Assembly (NCBI GenBank): GCA_002011125.2 | Contig: MTMF02000009.1 | Location: 288,001-352,000 of the forward strand | Source of the DNA: Candidatus Hydrothermarchaeum profundi | GTDB lineage: Archaea; Hydrothermarchaeota; Hydrothermarchaeia; Hydrothermarchaeales; Hydrothermarchaeaceae | Direction: 5' to 3' | Length of the DNA: 64,000 nt | Shown: piece after piece, positions 18,143-27,808 of the stretch | Layout: each line of letters opens with the position of its first letter | Numbering within the stretch: position 1 is the stretch's first letter | Made by a program: the position numbers and the translations under genes | Notes under the pieces: model-generated | Databases searched by the model: none | Told to the model about the DNA's origin: nothing | What the model saw: only the letters and a program-made list of their open reading frames with translations

Positions 18143-20488
18143 TTGCCAGAAACAAAGAAAATAAAAATAGACAAGCTCAAAGGTAAGGGCCTTACCTTCG
18201 AGGATATGATAATAGAGTTTGGTAAAATAGAAGAAGAATGGGACGAGCCAATGGGTCCTACTCCTAAGCCAAATCTCCTCGCCTTAAGATCATGGGATAG
18301 AAAGCTTCTTGAGAGATATGAGCCTTTCTATACCCCAATCTGTGATATGTGTTGCCACTGTGCTTTTGGCAAATGCGATCTTAGTGGAGGGAAAAAAGGT
18401 GCATGTGGCATAACTATAAGAGCTCAGCAGGCGAGACAGATAGCCTTGGAGAGCGCCATAGGTACTGCCTGCCATGGAGCTCACGCAAGACACATGTTGG
18501 AGCATCAGATAAAAAGGAAAGGCAGAGATTATCCAATAGACCTAGGCCTCAATGTTGCAACGGAGGCTCCTATAACTAGGACGATTGTAGGTATAAAGCC
18601 TAGAACTCTAGGAGATTTGGAGGAGGTAATGGATTACGCCGAAAAAGAATTGCAAAAAGTTCTTGCGTCTATCCATGCCGGCCAAGAGGGGGATTATATC
18701 GATTTTGAATCTAAGGCTTTGCATGTTGGAATGATAGACAACTTGGTTAAGGAGGTAGGGGACCTAGCTCAGATTGTGGGATATGATTTCCCTAAGGGTG
18801 ACCCTAATGCTCCTCTGATTGAATTCGGTGTGGGAACTATAGATCAAACTAAACCTGTGATTCTTGCCATAGGGCATAACGCTGCTCCAGGTGCTGAAAT
18901 CATAGACTATTGCGAGAGACACAACCTCTCTGATAAGGTTGAGATAGCGGGCATATGCTGCTCTGCCCACGATTTAAGCCGCAAGAAGGATTCATGTAAG
19001 ATAATTGGACCCTTATCTATGCAGACCCGTTTCGTGAGGTATGGTATAGCGGATGTTATCGTGCTTGACGAGCAGTGCGTTAGAACCGACTTACTTGAAG
19101 AAGCTATTAAGGTAAAAAGCCCAATAATTACAACTAGCGAGCAAAACTGCCGAGGATTAGAAGACCGGACAGACGATAACCCGGAGAATATTGTTAGGGA
19201 CTTAGTTGAGGGTAAGATTCCAGGGGTCTTTATTCATGACCCAGCAAAGGTCGGGGAAGTAGCGGTTGAGGTGGCTTTAAAGATAGCTCCTCTGAGGAAG
19301 GATATTAAAGCTATCCCTGACACGAAAGAGCTTATAGCACAGGCATCTCGTTGCGTAGCTTGTGAAGCCTGCCAGAGAGTTTGCCCTGTGAACCTGCATA
19401 TCTCCGAGGCTCTAAAAGAAGCTGAAAAAGGAAAGATAGATAAGTTGGCAGAGTTGAGAGACCTTTGTGTTGGATGCATAAGATGCGAGTCCGCTTGCCC
19501 CAAGGAGATACCAATAGTATCCCTAATGGAGAAGGCTGTAGAGAAACAGATCAAAGAAGAGAAATCTAAAATAAGAGCAGGTAGAGGACCAATCCTAGAT
19601 ACTGAGATTAGAAATGTGGGTCCACCTATTGTTTTTGGCGAGATCCCTGGTGTAGTTGCTTTCGCTGGGTGCTCCAATTATCCTAAGGGTGCTAAAGAGA
19701 TAGGTGAAATAGCTGAGGAATTTCTGAAGAGAAGGTTCATTGTGACCTCTTCGGGATGCGCTGCCATGGCCTTGGCCCAATATAAAACAGAGGATGGTGA
19801 AACACTATATGAGAAATATCCTGGAATCTTCGACTCTGAAGGCCTCACTAACGTGGGTTCTTGTCTAGCTAATGCACATATCTTGGGCGCAGCGGTTAAG
19901 ATACCGCACATATTTGCTAGGAGGAATCTCAGAGGGAACTTTGAGGAGATCGCTGACTATATCCTCAATAGGGTAGGAGCGGTTGGCGTAGTTTGGGGTA
20001 CGTATTCTCAGAAGGCCCTTGCTATCGGAACTGGGTTAAATAGGTGGGGTATACCTGTTATCCTTGGACCTCAGGGATCAAAATATAGGCGGCTCTACCT
20101 AGGTAGAAAAGATAAAGAAGAGAAGTGGGAGATATATAACGCCAGGACAGGCGAAAGGGTAAAAGTAGATCCCACTCCAGGACATCTCACCTACGTTGTT
20201 GAAAGCAAAGAAGAGGCCATTGTCGCTATTGCTAAGCTTGTGATGAGACCTAATGACACTACTAAGGGGAGACAAATCAAGCTGGCCCACTATATCGATC
20301 TGCATAAAAGGTACATGGGAACTATGCCGGATGACTTGCACCTTTATGTGCGAATAGAGGGAGACATACCTATGAATATGAAAGAAGAGGTCAAAGAGAT
20401 ATTAAAAGAGAAGGGCTGGAAAGAAAGGATAATTCCTGATCCAACGCTTGTTGAAAGGCTTGTATGGAAAAAGGAGGCAAAGGCGTGA
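18143..20488 (+). CDS. cdhA: CO dehydrogenase (ACDS) alpha subunit
   Basis: CDMCCHCAFGKCDL, GACG, GHN, GICCSAHD, two ferredoxin motifs, AGCSNY, SGCAAM, VGSCLANAH. Confidence 0.97.
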   Translation: MPETKKIKIDKLKGKGLTFEDMIIEFGKIEEEWDEPMGPTPKPNLLALRSWDRKLLERYEPFYTPICDMCCHCAFGKCDLSGGKKGACGITIRAQQARQIALESAIGTACHGAHARHMLEHQIKRKGRDYPIDLGLNVATEAPITRTIVGIKPRTLGDLEEVMDYAEKELQKVLASIHAGQEGDYIDFESKALHVGMIDNLVKEVGDLAQIVGYDFPKGDPNAPLIEFGVGTIDQTKPVILAIGHNAAPGAEIIDYCERHNLSDKVEIAGICCSAHDLSRKKDSCKIIGPLSMQTRFVRYGIADVIVLDEQCVRTDLLEEAIKVKSPIITTSEQNCRGLEDRTDDNPENIVRDLVEGKIPGVFIHDPAKVGEVAVEVALKIAPLRKDIKAIPDTKELIAQASRCVACEACQRVCPVNLHISEALKEAEKGKIDKLAELRDLCVGCIRCESACPKEIPIVSLMEKAVEKQIKEEKSKIRAGRGPILDTEIRNVGPPIVFGEIPGVVAFAGCSNYPKGAKEIGEIAEEFLKRRFIVTSSGCAAMALAQYKTEDGETLYEKYPGIFDSEGLTNVGSCLANAHILGAAVKIPHIFARRNLRGNFEEIADYILNRVGAVGVVWGTYSQKALAIGTGLNRWGIPVILGPQGSKYRRLYLGRKDKEEKWEIYNARTGERVKVDPTPGHLTYVVESKEEAIVAIAKLVMRPNDTTKGRQIKLAHYIDLHKRYMGTMPDDLHLYVRIEGDIPMNMKEEVKEILKEKGWKERIIPDPTLVERLVWKKEAKA

Positions 20489-21000
20489 GAGTTACATCTT
20501 GGAGGATGGGACATGATCAAGGGCCTAGAAGAGCTTGGCCCATTAATCCAGATGCTGCTAGCAGGCTTATAAAAAAAGCTGAGAGGCCTGTTCTTGTAGT
20601 GGGCTCTGCTATAGAGGAAGTAGATGGGTTAATAGATATAGCTGTGCGGGTATCTAAAACAGGGATACCTATCGCGGCGACTGGTCATTCGATAAAGTTC
20701 TTCGCAGATAAAGATGTTGATGTTGCTGAGGTAAACGTAGTAGAGATAACTAATATGCTCACTGATCCAGAATGGGAGGGTCTTGACGGTCAAGGGAAGC
20801 CTGATTTGGTGATAATTCTAGGTGTTAACCTTGATCTAACTAATCAGACTTTTTCAACGTTGAAGAATTTCACTGATATCCCCGGCCTTAACATTAGTAG
20901 GTACTATAATACTAATGCCACCTATTCTTTTCCAAACTTAGATAATGAGCTGTGGTTGGAGTACTTGAATCAGCTTTGTGAGAAGCTTGAAAGCGAGTGA
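20485..21000 (+). CDS. cdhB: CO dehydrogenase (ACDS) epsilon subunit
   Basis: IKKAERPVLVVG, DPEWEGLDGQG, NATYSFPNL; GTG start overlaps the cdhA stop, AAGGAGG RBS. Confidence 0.93.
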   Translation: MRVTSWRMGHDQGPRRAWPINPDAASRLIKKAERPVLVVGSAIEEVDGLIDIAVRVSKTGIPIAATGHSIKFFADKDVDVAEVNVVEITNMLTDPEWEGLDGQGKPDLVIILGVNLDLTNQTFSTLKNFTDIPGLNISRYYNTNATYSFPNLDNELWLEYLNQLCEKLESE

Positions 21001-21064
21001 AACTGCTTCAATTGCACGCTGAGAACCGTAAGCCTTTCTTAGGGTAGCTTCTAAAGTAGTTTAT

Positions 21065-22105
21065 ATGATCGAGATAGACGGCTCATATGGGGAAGGTGGC
21101 GGACAGATACTTAGGACATCCCTTGCTCTGAGCTCTCTAATAAGAAAGCCTATTAAGATAACAAACATAAGGGCTAATAGACCCAAACCTGGGCTGGCAA
21201 GACAGCACTTTATAGGGATAAAAGCCCTTAAAGAGATAACTAACGCAGATGTAAAGGGGCTAGATATTGGATCGACTGAGATAGAGTTCTATCCGGATAA
21301 AATTGGATCAGGCAGGCATCGGATAGAGATAGGCACAGCCGGCAGCATTACACTAGTCTTGCAGGTTCTTTTTATACCCTGTGCTTTTGCTTCAGGAAAA
21401 GTCGTGTTAGAAATATCTGGCGGTACTGACGTAAAGTGGTCCCCACCTATCGATTATGTTAGTAAGGTGTTTTTACCTATAGCCGAGAGAATGGGGCTTC
21501 GAGCTAAGTTGGAACTGATATCGCGGGGGTATTATCCTAAGGGAAATGGCAAGGTTAGAGTAGAAATCCATCCTGTTCATAGTTTTAAAGCGCTGAAAAT
21601 CACTGAGCGAGGAGGGCTTAACTGTGTAAAAGGTGTGGCCCACTCTCTTAATCTTCCATGCCACATAGTTGAGAGGATGAGCAGGGCTGCTAAGGAAGTT
21701 CTCGAGGGATATAATTGCGATATATCTATTCAGTGTAAGAAGAACTTTTCAAGTGGGTGTGGGATAACTTTGTGGGCCGAGTATGAAAAAACCTCGCTTG
21801 GCTCTGGCTCTCTTGGCGAATTGGGAAAACCTGCGGAGGAGGTGGGTAGAGAAGCTGGTCTTGAGTTATTAAACGAGATCAGGGGTAAGAGCACGGTAGA
21901 CCTTCATATGGGAGATCAAATACTACCCTACATGGCGCTTGCCAAGGGTACCTCTGAGATAGTTGTCAGAGAAGTGACATCGCATTTGAGGACCAACTTG
22001 TACATTATTGAAAAAATCTTAGGAAATAAATTTAAGATAAGTGAGGTAGATGGAGAGTATCTTATAAGGACTAAGGGCCTTGGTTTTGAGAATGAGAGTC
22101 TTTAA
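21065..22105 (+). CDS. rtcA: RNA 3'-terminal phosphate cyclase
   Basis: IDGSYGEGGGQILR, RPKPGL..QH, GTAGSITL, RGYYPKGNG, DLHMGDQI, HLRTN. Confidence 0.96.
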   Translation: MIEIDGSYGEGGGQILRTSLALSSLIRKPIKITNIRANRPKPGLARQHFIGIKALKEITNADVKGLDIGSTEIEFYPDKIGSGRHRIEIGTAGSITLVLQVLFIPCAFASGKVVLEISGGTDVKWSPPIDYVSKVFLPIAERMGLRAKLELISRGYYPKGNGKVRVEIHPVHSFKALKITERGGLNCVKGVAHSLNLPCHIVERMSRAAKEVLEGYNCDISIQCKKNFSSGCGITLWAEYEKTSLGSGSLGELGKPAEEVGREAGLELLNEIRGKSTVDLHMGDQILPYMALAKGTSEIVVREVTSHLRTNLYIIEKILGNKFKISEVDGEYLIRTKGLGFENESL

Positions 22106-23066
22106 TTATTTCCTTTATTATTTCGGTTACTCCCTCTCCTGTTAAGGCAGAGCATGCCTTCGCTCCCTTTAGCTTCTTCTGTAGGTTATTTATCTCCTCG
22201 CTTGTCAGAAGATCTGCCTTGTTTAAAATCGGGATAACATGTGGGAATTCCTTTTTAATGCTGTGGTATATGTTCAACTGGGTCTTCAACTCGAAACCAC
22301 AGCTTTCTGAGGGATCTAGTACAAATAACACCTCATCTGCGAGATGCTTTAAAGCGAGGATCGCCTGCCTTTCAATAGGATTTCTATCTTCTAGAGGCCT
22401 ATCCAATAAGCCAGGGGTATCTACGACTTGATATCTCTGATGATTCGAGTGAAAATATCCGAGAAGGATTTTTTTCGTTGTGAATGGGTAACTTTCAACC
22501 TTCGGTGTAGCCGTTGTTAGAGCTCTCAGAAGAGTTGACTTCCCCACATTTGGAGCGCCTGCAATAACTATAGTAAAGGTTTCCTCGACAACAGGGAATT
22601 CATTAACGGTTTCTTTCACCTTTGCTAGAAATTCTAAGTCTTCAGATAGCTTTTTTATCAAAGATGCAAGCCTGCCGTAGAACTCGCTGCGGGATCTATA
22701 AATAACTTCCAGCTCCTTTGCTTTGCCCAGCTTAGAGTTATAGGCTTTTTCCAGATTTTTCACTTTCTTTATTGTTTCATTGATATTTTTTACTGTGCTC
22801 TTGATCTTGTCGATTCCTATAAGGGCTTCTATTAGCTCGTGATAAAAGGGCGGGAGATCATCCCAATTAGTTTTTAGGAGTTCACCAAGTTTTCGTTGAA
22901 CTGTTTTAGAAGCCGTCATAATTTTGGTTCTTTCAGACCTTCTGATTCTGGTTCTCTTGGGCCCGCCTTTATATAATGCCCTTTTGCCTTCCTTAGCCGC
23001 TCTTCTGAACGCTAGAGCCACTAGCTCATCAGCGGTTAAAATGTGCGGTAGCTTAGGAATCTTCAT
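22071..23066 (-). CDS. NOG1-family GTP-binding protein
   Basis: GAPNVGKS, YPFTT, DTPGLLDRP..RNPIE, NKAD. Confidence 0.93.
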   Translation of the reverse strand: MKIPKLPHILTADELVALAFRRAAKEGKRALYKGGPKRTRIRRSERTKIMTASKTVQRKLGELLKTNWDDLPPFYHELIEALIGIDKIKSTVKNINETIKKVKNLEKAYNSKLGKAKELEVIYRSRSEFYGRLASLIKKLSEDLEFLAKVKETVNEFPVVEETFTIVIAGAPNVGKSTLLRALTTATPKVESYPFTTKKILLGYFHSNHQRYQVVDTPGLLDRPLEDRNPIERQAILALKHLADEVLFVLDPSESCGFELKTQLNIYHSIKKEFPHVIPILNKADLLTSEEINNLQKKLKGAKACSALTGEGVTEIIKEIIKDSHSQNQGP

Positions 23067-23149
23067 ATTTAAATAGTATCCTCCTTAGCTTGTTCTTAAA
23101 CTATTCTTTTTATTTTGTCAACTGGTATTCTAGTAATCCAAAATTTTAT

Positions 23150-23177
23150 ATATGAATATTTGATTAATTGTTCATAT
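23150..23177 (+). promoter_or_regulatory. Probable SmtB/CadC-type operator
   Basis: Inverted repeat ATATGAA-N14-TTCATAT between the TATA box and start codon of the ArsR gene. Confidence 0.6.
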
Positions 23178-23529
23178 GGACAGAGATGATGTTTGTGAAA
23201 TTGAACATGTGAATGAAAAAGCTGTTCAAGAAGTAAAATCCAATATGTTTGATGACCAAACGATCTTAAAGATAGCAAATATCTCTAAAATTTTAGGTGA
23301 CGCTACCAGAGTAAAAATATTATTTGCATTATCGCAAAAAGAGTTGTGTGTTTGCGATTTAGCATCTTTGCTTGGTATGAGTCAATCCGCTATTTCTCAT
23401 CAGCTGAGATTGTTAAGGAATACTAATCTAGTTAAGTTTAGAAGAGAAGGAAAAGTTGTCTATTACTCTCTTTCTGATGAACACGTAATAAAATTAATTG
23501 AAATTGGAGCTGCACATGCACAAGAATGA
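23176..23529 (+). CDS. ArsR/SmtB metal-sensing repressor (CadC/ZiaR-like)
   Basis: ELCVCDL alpha3 motif, SQSAISHQL helix, alpha5 DEH-x10-H-x2-E site. Confidence 0.92.
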   Translation: MDRDDVCEIEHVNEKAVQEVKSNMFDDQTILKIANISKILGDATRVKILFALSQKELCVCDLASLLGMSQSAISHQLRLLRNTNLVKFRREGKVVYYSLSDEHVIKLIEIGAAHAQE

Positions 23530-23553
23530 TCTAAAGATAAGGAGGTAGAAAAA

Positions 23554-23754
23554 ATAAATACAAAAGATTGGCTTTTAGCGGGCATTGAAACTTTGGCGTG
23601 GTATGGATTTATTTACTATTCACTTTACAGTATAAAGAACCCTGTTAATCTATTTGTTAGTGCATCAGTTTTGTTGGTTTTGGCATACATTGGAACTATT
23701 TCCTGCCCTTGGTTCAGAAGAACTGAAGCTTTCAAAAAAATGCTTAGAGAGTAG
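23554..23754 (+). CDS. Small 2-TM membrane protein missed by the ORF track (ATA start)
   Basis: AAGGAGGT RBS, then open frame INTKDWLLAGIETLAWYGFIYYSLYSIKNPVNLFVSASVLLVLAYIGTISCPWFRRTEAFKKMLRE*. Confidence 0.6.
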   Translation: MNTKDWLLAGIETLAWYGFIYYSLYSIKNPVNLFVSASVLLVLAYIGTISCPWFRRTEAFKKMLRE

Positions 23755-23782
23755 ATAACAAATCCTCTAGAGAGAATTAATA

Positions 23783-25720
23783 ATGAAAGAAACACATAAC
23801 CATAAAACTGAGAAGAGTTGCTCTACTTGTCCAACTGATATTTTTGATGAAAAAGAACCTTTATGGAAACAGAAGGGTATTTTGATTATTATAATCGCTG
23901 GGATACTCTTCGGTATCGGGCTATATTTAGAGTTTTTAGCACATCAATATTTATTTGCCCAGATTTTATTTCTTGCGGTTGTGCTGATCTCCGGGCATAG
24001 CCTCATAAAAGAAGGGCTCTTTTCTGTATGGAAAAGAAGATTGGATATAAATTTTCTAATAAGCATCGCAGCTGCAGGAGCTTTTTTAATTGGTCACGGT
24101 GAAGAAGGCGCGGCGGTCATATTTCTGTTTTATATCGCAGAATTTTTAGAAGATTATGCTACCGAACGTGCAAGAAAATCCGTCGCTTCACTTTTGAAAC
24201 TTGCACCTGAAATGGCAACGATAAGGAAAAATGCAACAGAAGTAAGAGTTCATGTGCATGAGGTCAAAGTCGGAGATATCCTTGTAGTCAAACCTGGTGA
24301 TAAAATACCTTTAGATGGAATTGTAATTAAAGGGTCCTCATCAGTAAACCAGGCTCCGATCACTGGTGAAAGCATGCCTGTCCCTAAAGTAAAAGGGGAC
24401 TATGTCTTTGCTGGAACTATTAATGGAGAGGGCTATCTTGAAATAAAGGTAACAAAAAAATCAGATGAAACCATACTATCAAAGATAGTCAAGATTGTGG
24501 AGGAAGCACAAAAAGAAAAATCAAAAACAGAAGCATTTATTGACAGGTTTGCTAAATATTACACTCCAAGTGTTGTAATTCTGGCTTTTCTTACCATGAC
24601 TTTCCCACCTCTGGTTTTTGGCTTGGAGTTCAGTGAATGGTTTTATAGGGCACTAGTATTACTTGTGGTTTCCTGTCCCTGTGCATTGGCAATTTCAACT
24701 CCTGTTTCGATAGTTTCTGGACTGACTTCTGCTGCAAAAAACGGGGTTTTAATAAAAGGTGGAAGTTATCTTGAAGAAATCAAAAATGTCAAAGTGATTG
24801 TGTTTGATAAAACAGGGACATTAACAGAGGGGAAACCTGAGGTAATAGATGTCATCGCGTTAAATGAATATTCCGAGAAGGACGTGTTACAGATAGGGGC
24901 TTCTCTTGAATCAAGATCTACACATCCACTTGCCGAGGCTATTATAGAAAAAGCAAAAGAAGAGAATGTTAAATTAAAAGATGTTCGAGCATTTAAATCA
25001 ATAGCTGGTAAGGGATTGAAAGGCAGAATTGAGGGAAAAAGATTTTATGTAGGAAGCAAGAGCTTCTTTAAGGAATTGGGTATTGAATTTCCTGATAAAC
25101 TGCTTGGAGATATTGAAGAGGAGGGGAAGACAGCAGTCTTAATAGGCAACGAAAAACATGTTATTGGAATAATTGCATTAATGGACAAGATAAGAGAGGC
25201 TTCTTATAGTCTTATAAAAGAGCTGAAGGCCAAGGGAATAACGACAATAATGCTTACTGGAGATAATGAAAAAGTTGCGAGAGTAATTGCGGAAAGACTT
25301 AAGATCGATGCATATTATGCTGAACTTCTACCAGAGGATAAGGTGGAGGTAATTAATGAGCTGTTAAAAAAACATGAACATATAGTTATGATCGGTGACG
25401 GTGTGAATGATGCCCCTGCTCTGGCTAAGGCTCATGTTGGAATTGCCATGGGGGCTATTGGTTCTGATGTAGCAATAGAAACTTCAGATATTGCTCTGAT
25501 GCACGATGATTTGACAAAGGTAAACTATCTTATCAATTTAAGCAAGAAGACAATGTCTGTTGTAAAACAAAACGTTTTAGTCTCAATTTTAATTAAAGGT
25601 TCTTTTGCAATCTTGGCATTTCCAGGAATAATCACTCTGTGGCTAGCTGTTGCTGTTGGTGATATGGGGTTGAGTTTGGCTGTTATATTAAATGCTTTAA
25701 GGATTGGAAGGGAAAAGTGA
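23783..25720 (+). CDS. cadA: Heavy-metal (Zn/Cd/Pb) P1B-type ATPase
   Basis: TGES, CPC, DKTGT, HP, GDGVNDAP, C-terminal KQN and GDMG. Confidence 0.93.
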   Translation: MKETHNHKTEKSCSTCPTDIFDEKEPLWKQKGILIIIIAGILFGIGLYLEFLAHQYLFAQILFLAVVLISGHSLIKEGLFSVWKRRLDINFLISIAAAGAFLIGHGEEGAAVIFLFYIAEFLEDYATERARKSVASLLKLAPEMATIRKNATEVRVHVHEVKVGDILVVKPGDKIPLDGIVIKGSSSVNQAPITGESMPVPKVKGDYVFAGTINGEGYLEIKVTKKSDETILSKIVKIVEEAQKEKSKTEAFIDRFAKYYTPSVVILAFLTMTFPPLVFGLEFSEWFYRALVLLVVSCPCALAISTPVSIVSGLTSAAKNGVLIKGGSYLEEIKNVKVIVFDKTGTLTEGKPEVIDVIALNEYSEKDVLQIGASLESRSTHPLAEAIIEKAKEENVKLKDVRAFKSIAGKGLKGRIEGKRFYVGSKSFFKELGIEFPDKLLGDIEEEGKTAVLIGNEKHVIGIIALMDKIREASYSLIKELKAKGITTIMLTGDNEKVARVIAERLKIDAYYAELLPEDKVEVINELLKKHEHIVMIGDGVNDAPALAKAHVGIAMGAIGSDVAIETSDIALMHDDLTKVNYLINLSKKTMSVVKQNVLVSILIKGSFAILAFPGIITLWLAVAVGDMGLSLAVILNALRIGREK

Positions 25721-26027
25721 AAGTAATTTCTCCAAAAAGTCAATGAACCTTTTTTGGAAAGTTTAGGTAGAGGTTGTCCCTTAGTCACCTTGTCTTCTAT
25801 GGGCTGCTTTATGGCATCTGTTATTCCTACCCAGTCTCGTCTCCTTTTAATGATATTCTATTTATTTCGGCTTTTCACTTCTTGATTCTTAACCTGCTAC
25901 TCTATAAACCTTAATTCAACAATTTTTTCTTTATACTTAACAGTAAATTAAAAAAGACTATTTACTATTTCAGAATATAATATTTCATGGATAATCATTA
26001 TATATTTTGAAATGCTTATCGTTTTAT

Positions 26028-26933
26028 ATGAAACTCACACCGGTGCAAAGAGAAGTACTTTTAGCCTTATTTGATTTATATCACAGGTCTAGAGGAGAAG
26101 CTATTAAGGGGGAGGATATAGCTCGTTTGATAAACAGAAACCCCGGGACGATTAGGAACCAAATGCAGGCCCTAAGATCACTGGGCTTGGTAGAAGGCGT
26201 TCCGGGGCCTAAAGGAGGCTATAGGCCTACCCGTGAAGGGTATACTTCTCTGAATATGACTAAGTTTGAAAAAGAGGCGCCTGTACCGATCTGGATAAAC
26301 GATACAGCATTGGAGTCACTTAGCGTGACCGAGGTAGACCTTATTAGCATTCCAGACCCTAATAGCTGTAAAGCCTACGTCCGCTGTGTTGGAGACCTGA
26401 AAAATCTTCAGGTTGGACAGAAGGTTAGGATTGGTCCAATGCCAATTACAAAGCTCATTATGGAGGGGACTGTGATAGGCAGAGACGATATAGACAATGT
26501 ACTCCTTATTGAGATAATGGAGATGATCTCGATACCTAAAGAGAAAATTATTGACATTGCTACTAAAAATGTCACATCAATATCCCCGAAGCAGTCTGTT
26601 AGAGATGCTGCTAAGATATTATTGAAGGAGAAGATCAGAGGGGTACCTGTGTTATACAACGGCACTCCAGTAGGGATAATCTCAACAACTGATGTAGCTA
26701 GGGCTCTCGCGATGGGTATGGAGGATAGTAGTGTCAGAGAGCTGATGACCTCTAATGTTCTGACAATCCATCAGGACGCCTATCTATGGCAAGCGATAGA
26801 GAAGATGGAGAACTATAATATAAGCAGACTTATCGTAGTAGACTCAGATGGGAAGGTTAAAGGTATTGTGACGAGGACGGACATATTGTGCAGGATCGGT
26901 AAGCTGTGCCAGGCTATTTCCTCCTTCTCCTGA
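26028..26933 (+). CDS. HrcA-like HTH transcription regulator with CBS domains
   Basis: NPGTIRNQMQALRSLGLVEGVPGPKGGY plus a C-terminal CBS pair. Confidence 0.88.
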   Translation: MKLTPVQREVLLALFDLYHRSRGEAIKGEDIARLINRNPGTIRNQMQALRSLGLVEGVPGPKGGYRPTREGYTSLNMTKFEKEAPVPIWINDTALESLSVTEVDLISIPDPNSCKAYVRCVGDLKNLQVGQKVRIGPMPITKLIMEGTVIGRDDIDNVLLIEIMEMISIPKEKIIDIATKNVTSISPKQSVRDAAKILLKEKIRGVPVLYNGTPVGIISTTDVARALAMGMEDSSVRELMTSNVLTIHQDAYLWQAIEKMENYNISRLIVVDSDGKVKGIVTRTDILCRIGKLCQAISSFS

Positions 26934-27192
26934 GCTCTTCATATACTTCCTCCAGCTCTATGTCTTTATAACCCAGTAGCACCAAGAGGTGAAATAGTAG
27001 GTCTGCTGTTTCAGAAACTATCTCGCTACGTGAATCTTTCTTAGAGGCTAGGATTACTTCAACTGCCTCCTCGCCGATTTTTTCTAGGATTTTATCTTCG
27101 CCTTTAGACATTAAGCTTGCGACGTAAGATACTGGGGGAGGATTCTTTTTTCTTTCCTTTATAACCCTAAAAACTTCGTCTAGAATATTCAT
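26914..27192 (-). CDS. hisE: Phosphoribosyl-ATP diphosphatase
   Basis: SYVASL..G..KILEKIGEEAVEV..ETADLLFH. Confidence 0.95.
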   Translation of the reverse strand: MNILDEVFRVIKERKKNPPPVSYVASLMSKGEDKILEKIGEEAVEVILASKKDSRSEIVSETADLLFHLLVLLGYKDIELEEVYEELRRRRK

Positions 27193-27258
27193 CCATCTGG
27201 CTATTTAAATCCGGTTTTTATATATTTTTTCTTACTTAACCTAGCTTTTTAGTTCATA

Positions 27259-27499
27259 ATGCAGATTAAGATCAAATGGAGTAAGAAGGCTGAGCAGCAT
27301 ATCGCAGGCATGGGCTAACTAAGTCGCAAGTCAACCAAGCTCTCAAAGGTAGAAAATTCCTTAAAAGGACAAGGCATGATAGGTTTAGAATTCTCTGTGA
27401 ATGTCATGGTAGAATCATAGCTGTGGTAAGCTCATTACAGCTAGGGATGCCGATGATAAGGAGAAAAGACTAATAGAAAAAGAGCTAAGAAGCAGGTCT
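27259..27499 (+). pseudogene. BrnT-like toxin relic
   Basis: Frameshifted MQIKIKWSKKAEQHIA/HGLTKSQVNQAL...GRIIAVV/KLITARDADDKEKRL. Confidence 0.55.
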
Positions 27500-27652
27500 A
27501 TGACTGAAAAAATAAAGAAGTTTAGGCCAAAAAAACCTGAGGATCTAATGAAGCTGAAGATAGATGAAGTAGTAGAGCTTGAGGGAGTGGAATTCGAATT
27601 CTATGAGGATAGGCCTAAGAAGAAGCTCCGGATTGGCATGTTCGAGGTCTAA
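27500..27652 (+). CDS. Small ORF, possible antitoxin remnant
   Basis: 50-aa ORF MTEKIKKFRPKKPEDLMKL... directly after the BrnT-like relic. Confidence 0.35.
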   Translation: MTEKIKKFRPKKPEDLMKLKIDEVVELEGVEFEFYEDRPKKKLRIGMFEV

Positions 27653-27808
27653 GGATTTTTATGTACAATCATGATAAAGCTATGGTAGATTTTTCTGTCT
27701 TATATTAATACCGCCATTTGATCATGAAAATAATCCGTATTTAAGCTTTTTTTATACAACCACTAAGAATACGTACTTAAAGATAGGGAGACAAGAAATA
27801 CCTCAAAA

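Noticed and set aside
8756-21000. Selenocysteine recoding in HdrA/MvhD/FrhB
   Set aside because: All usual Sec positions are Cys codons (TFPTxDC, GCHxGDCHY) and the ORFs are uninterrupted
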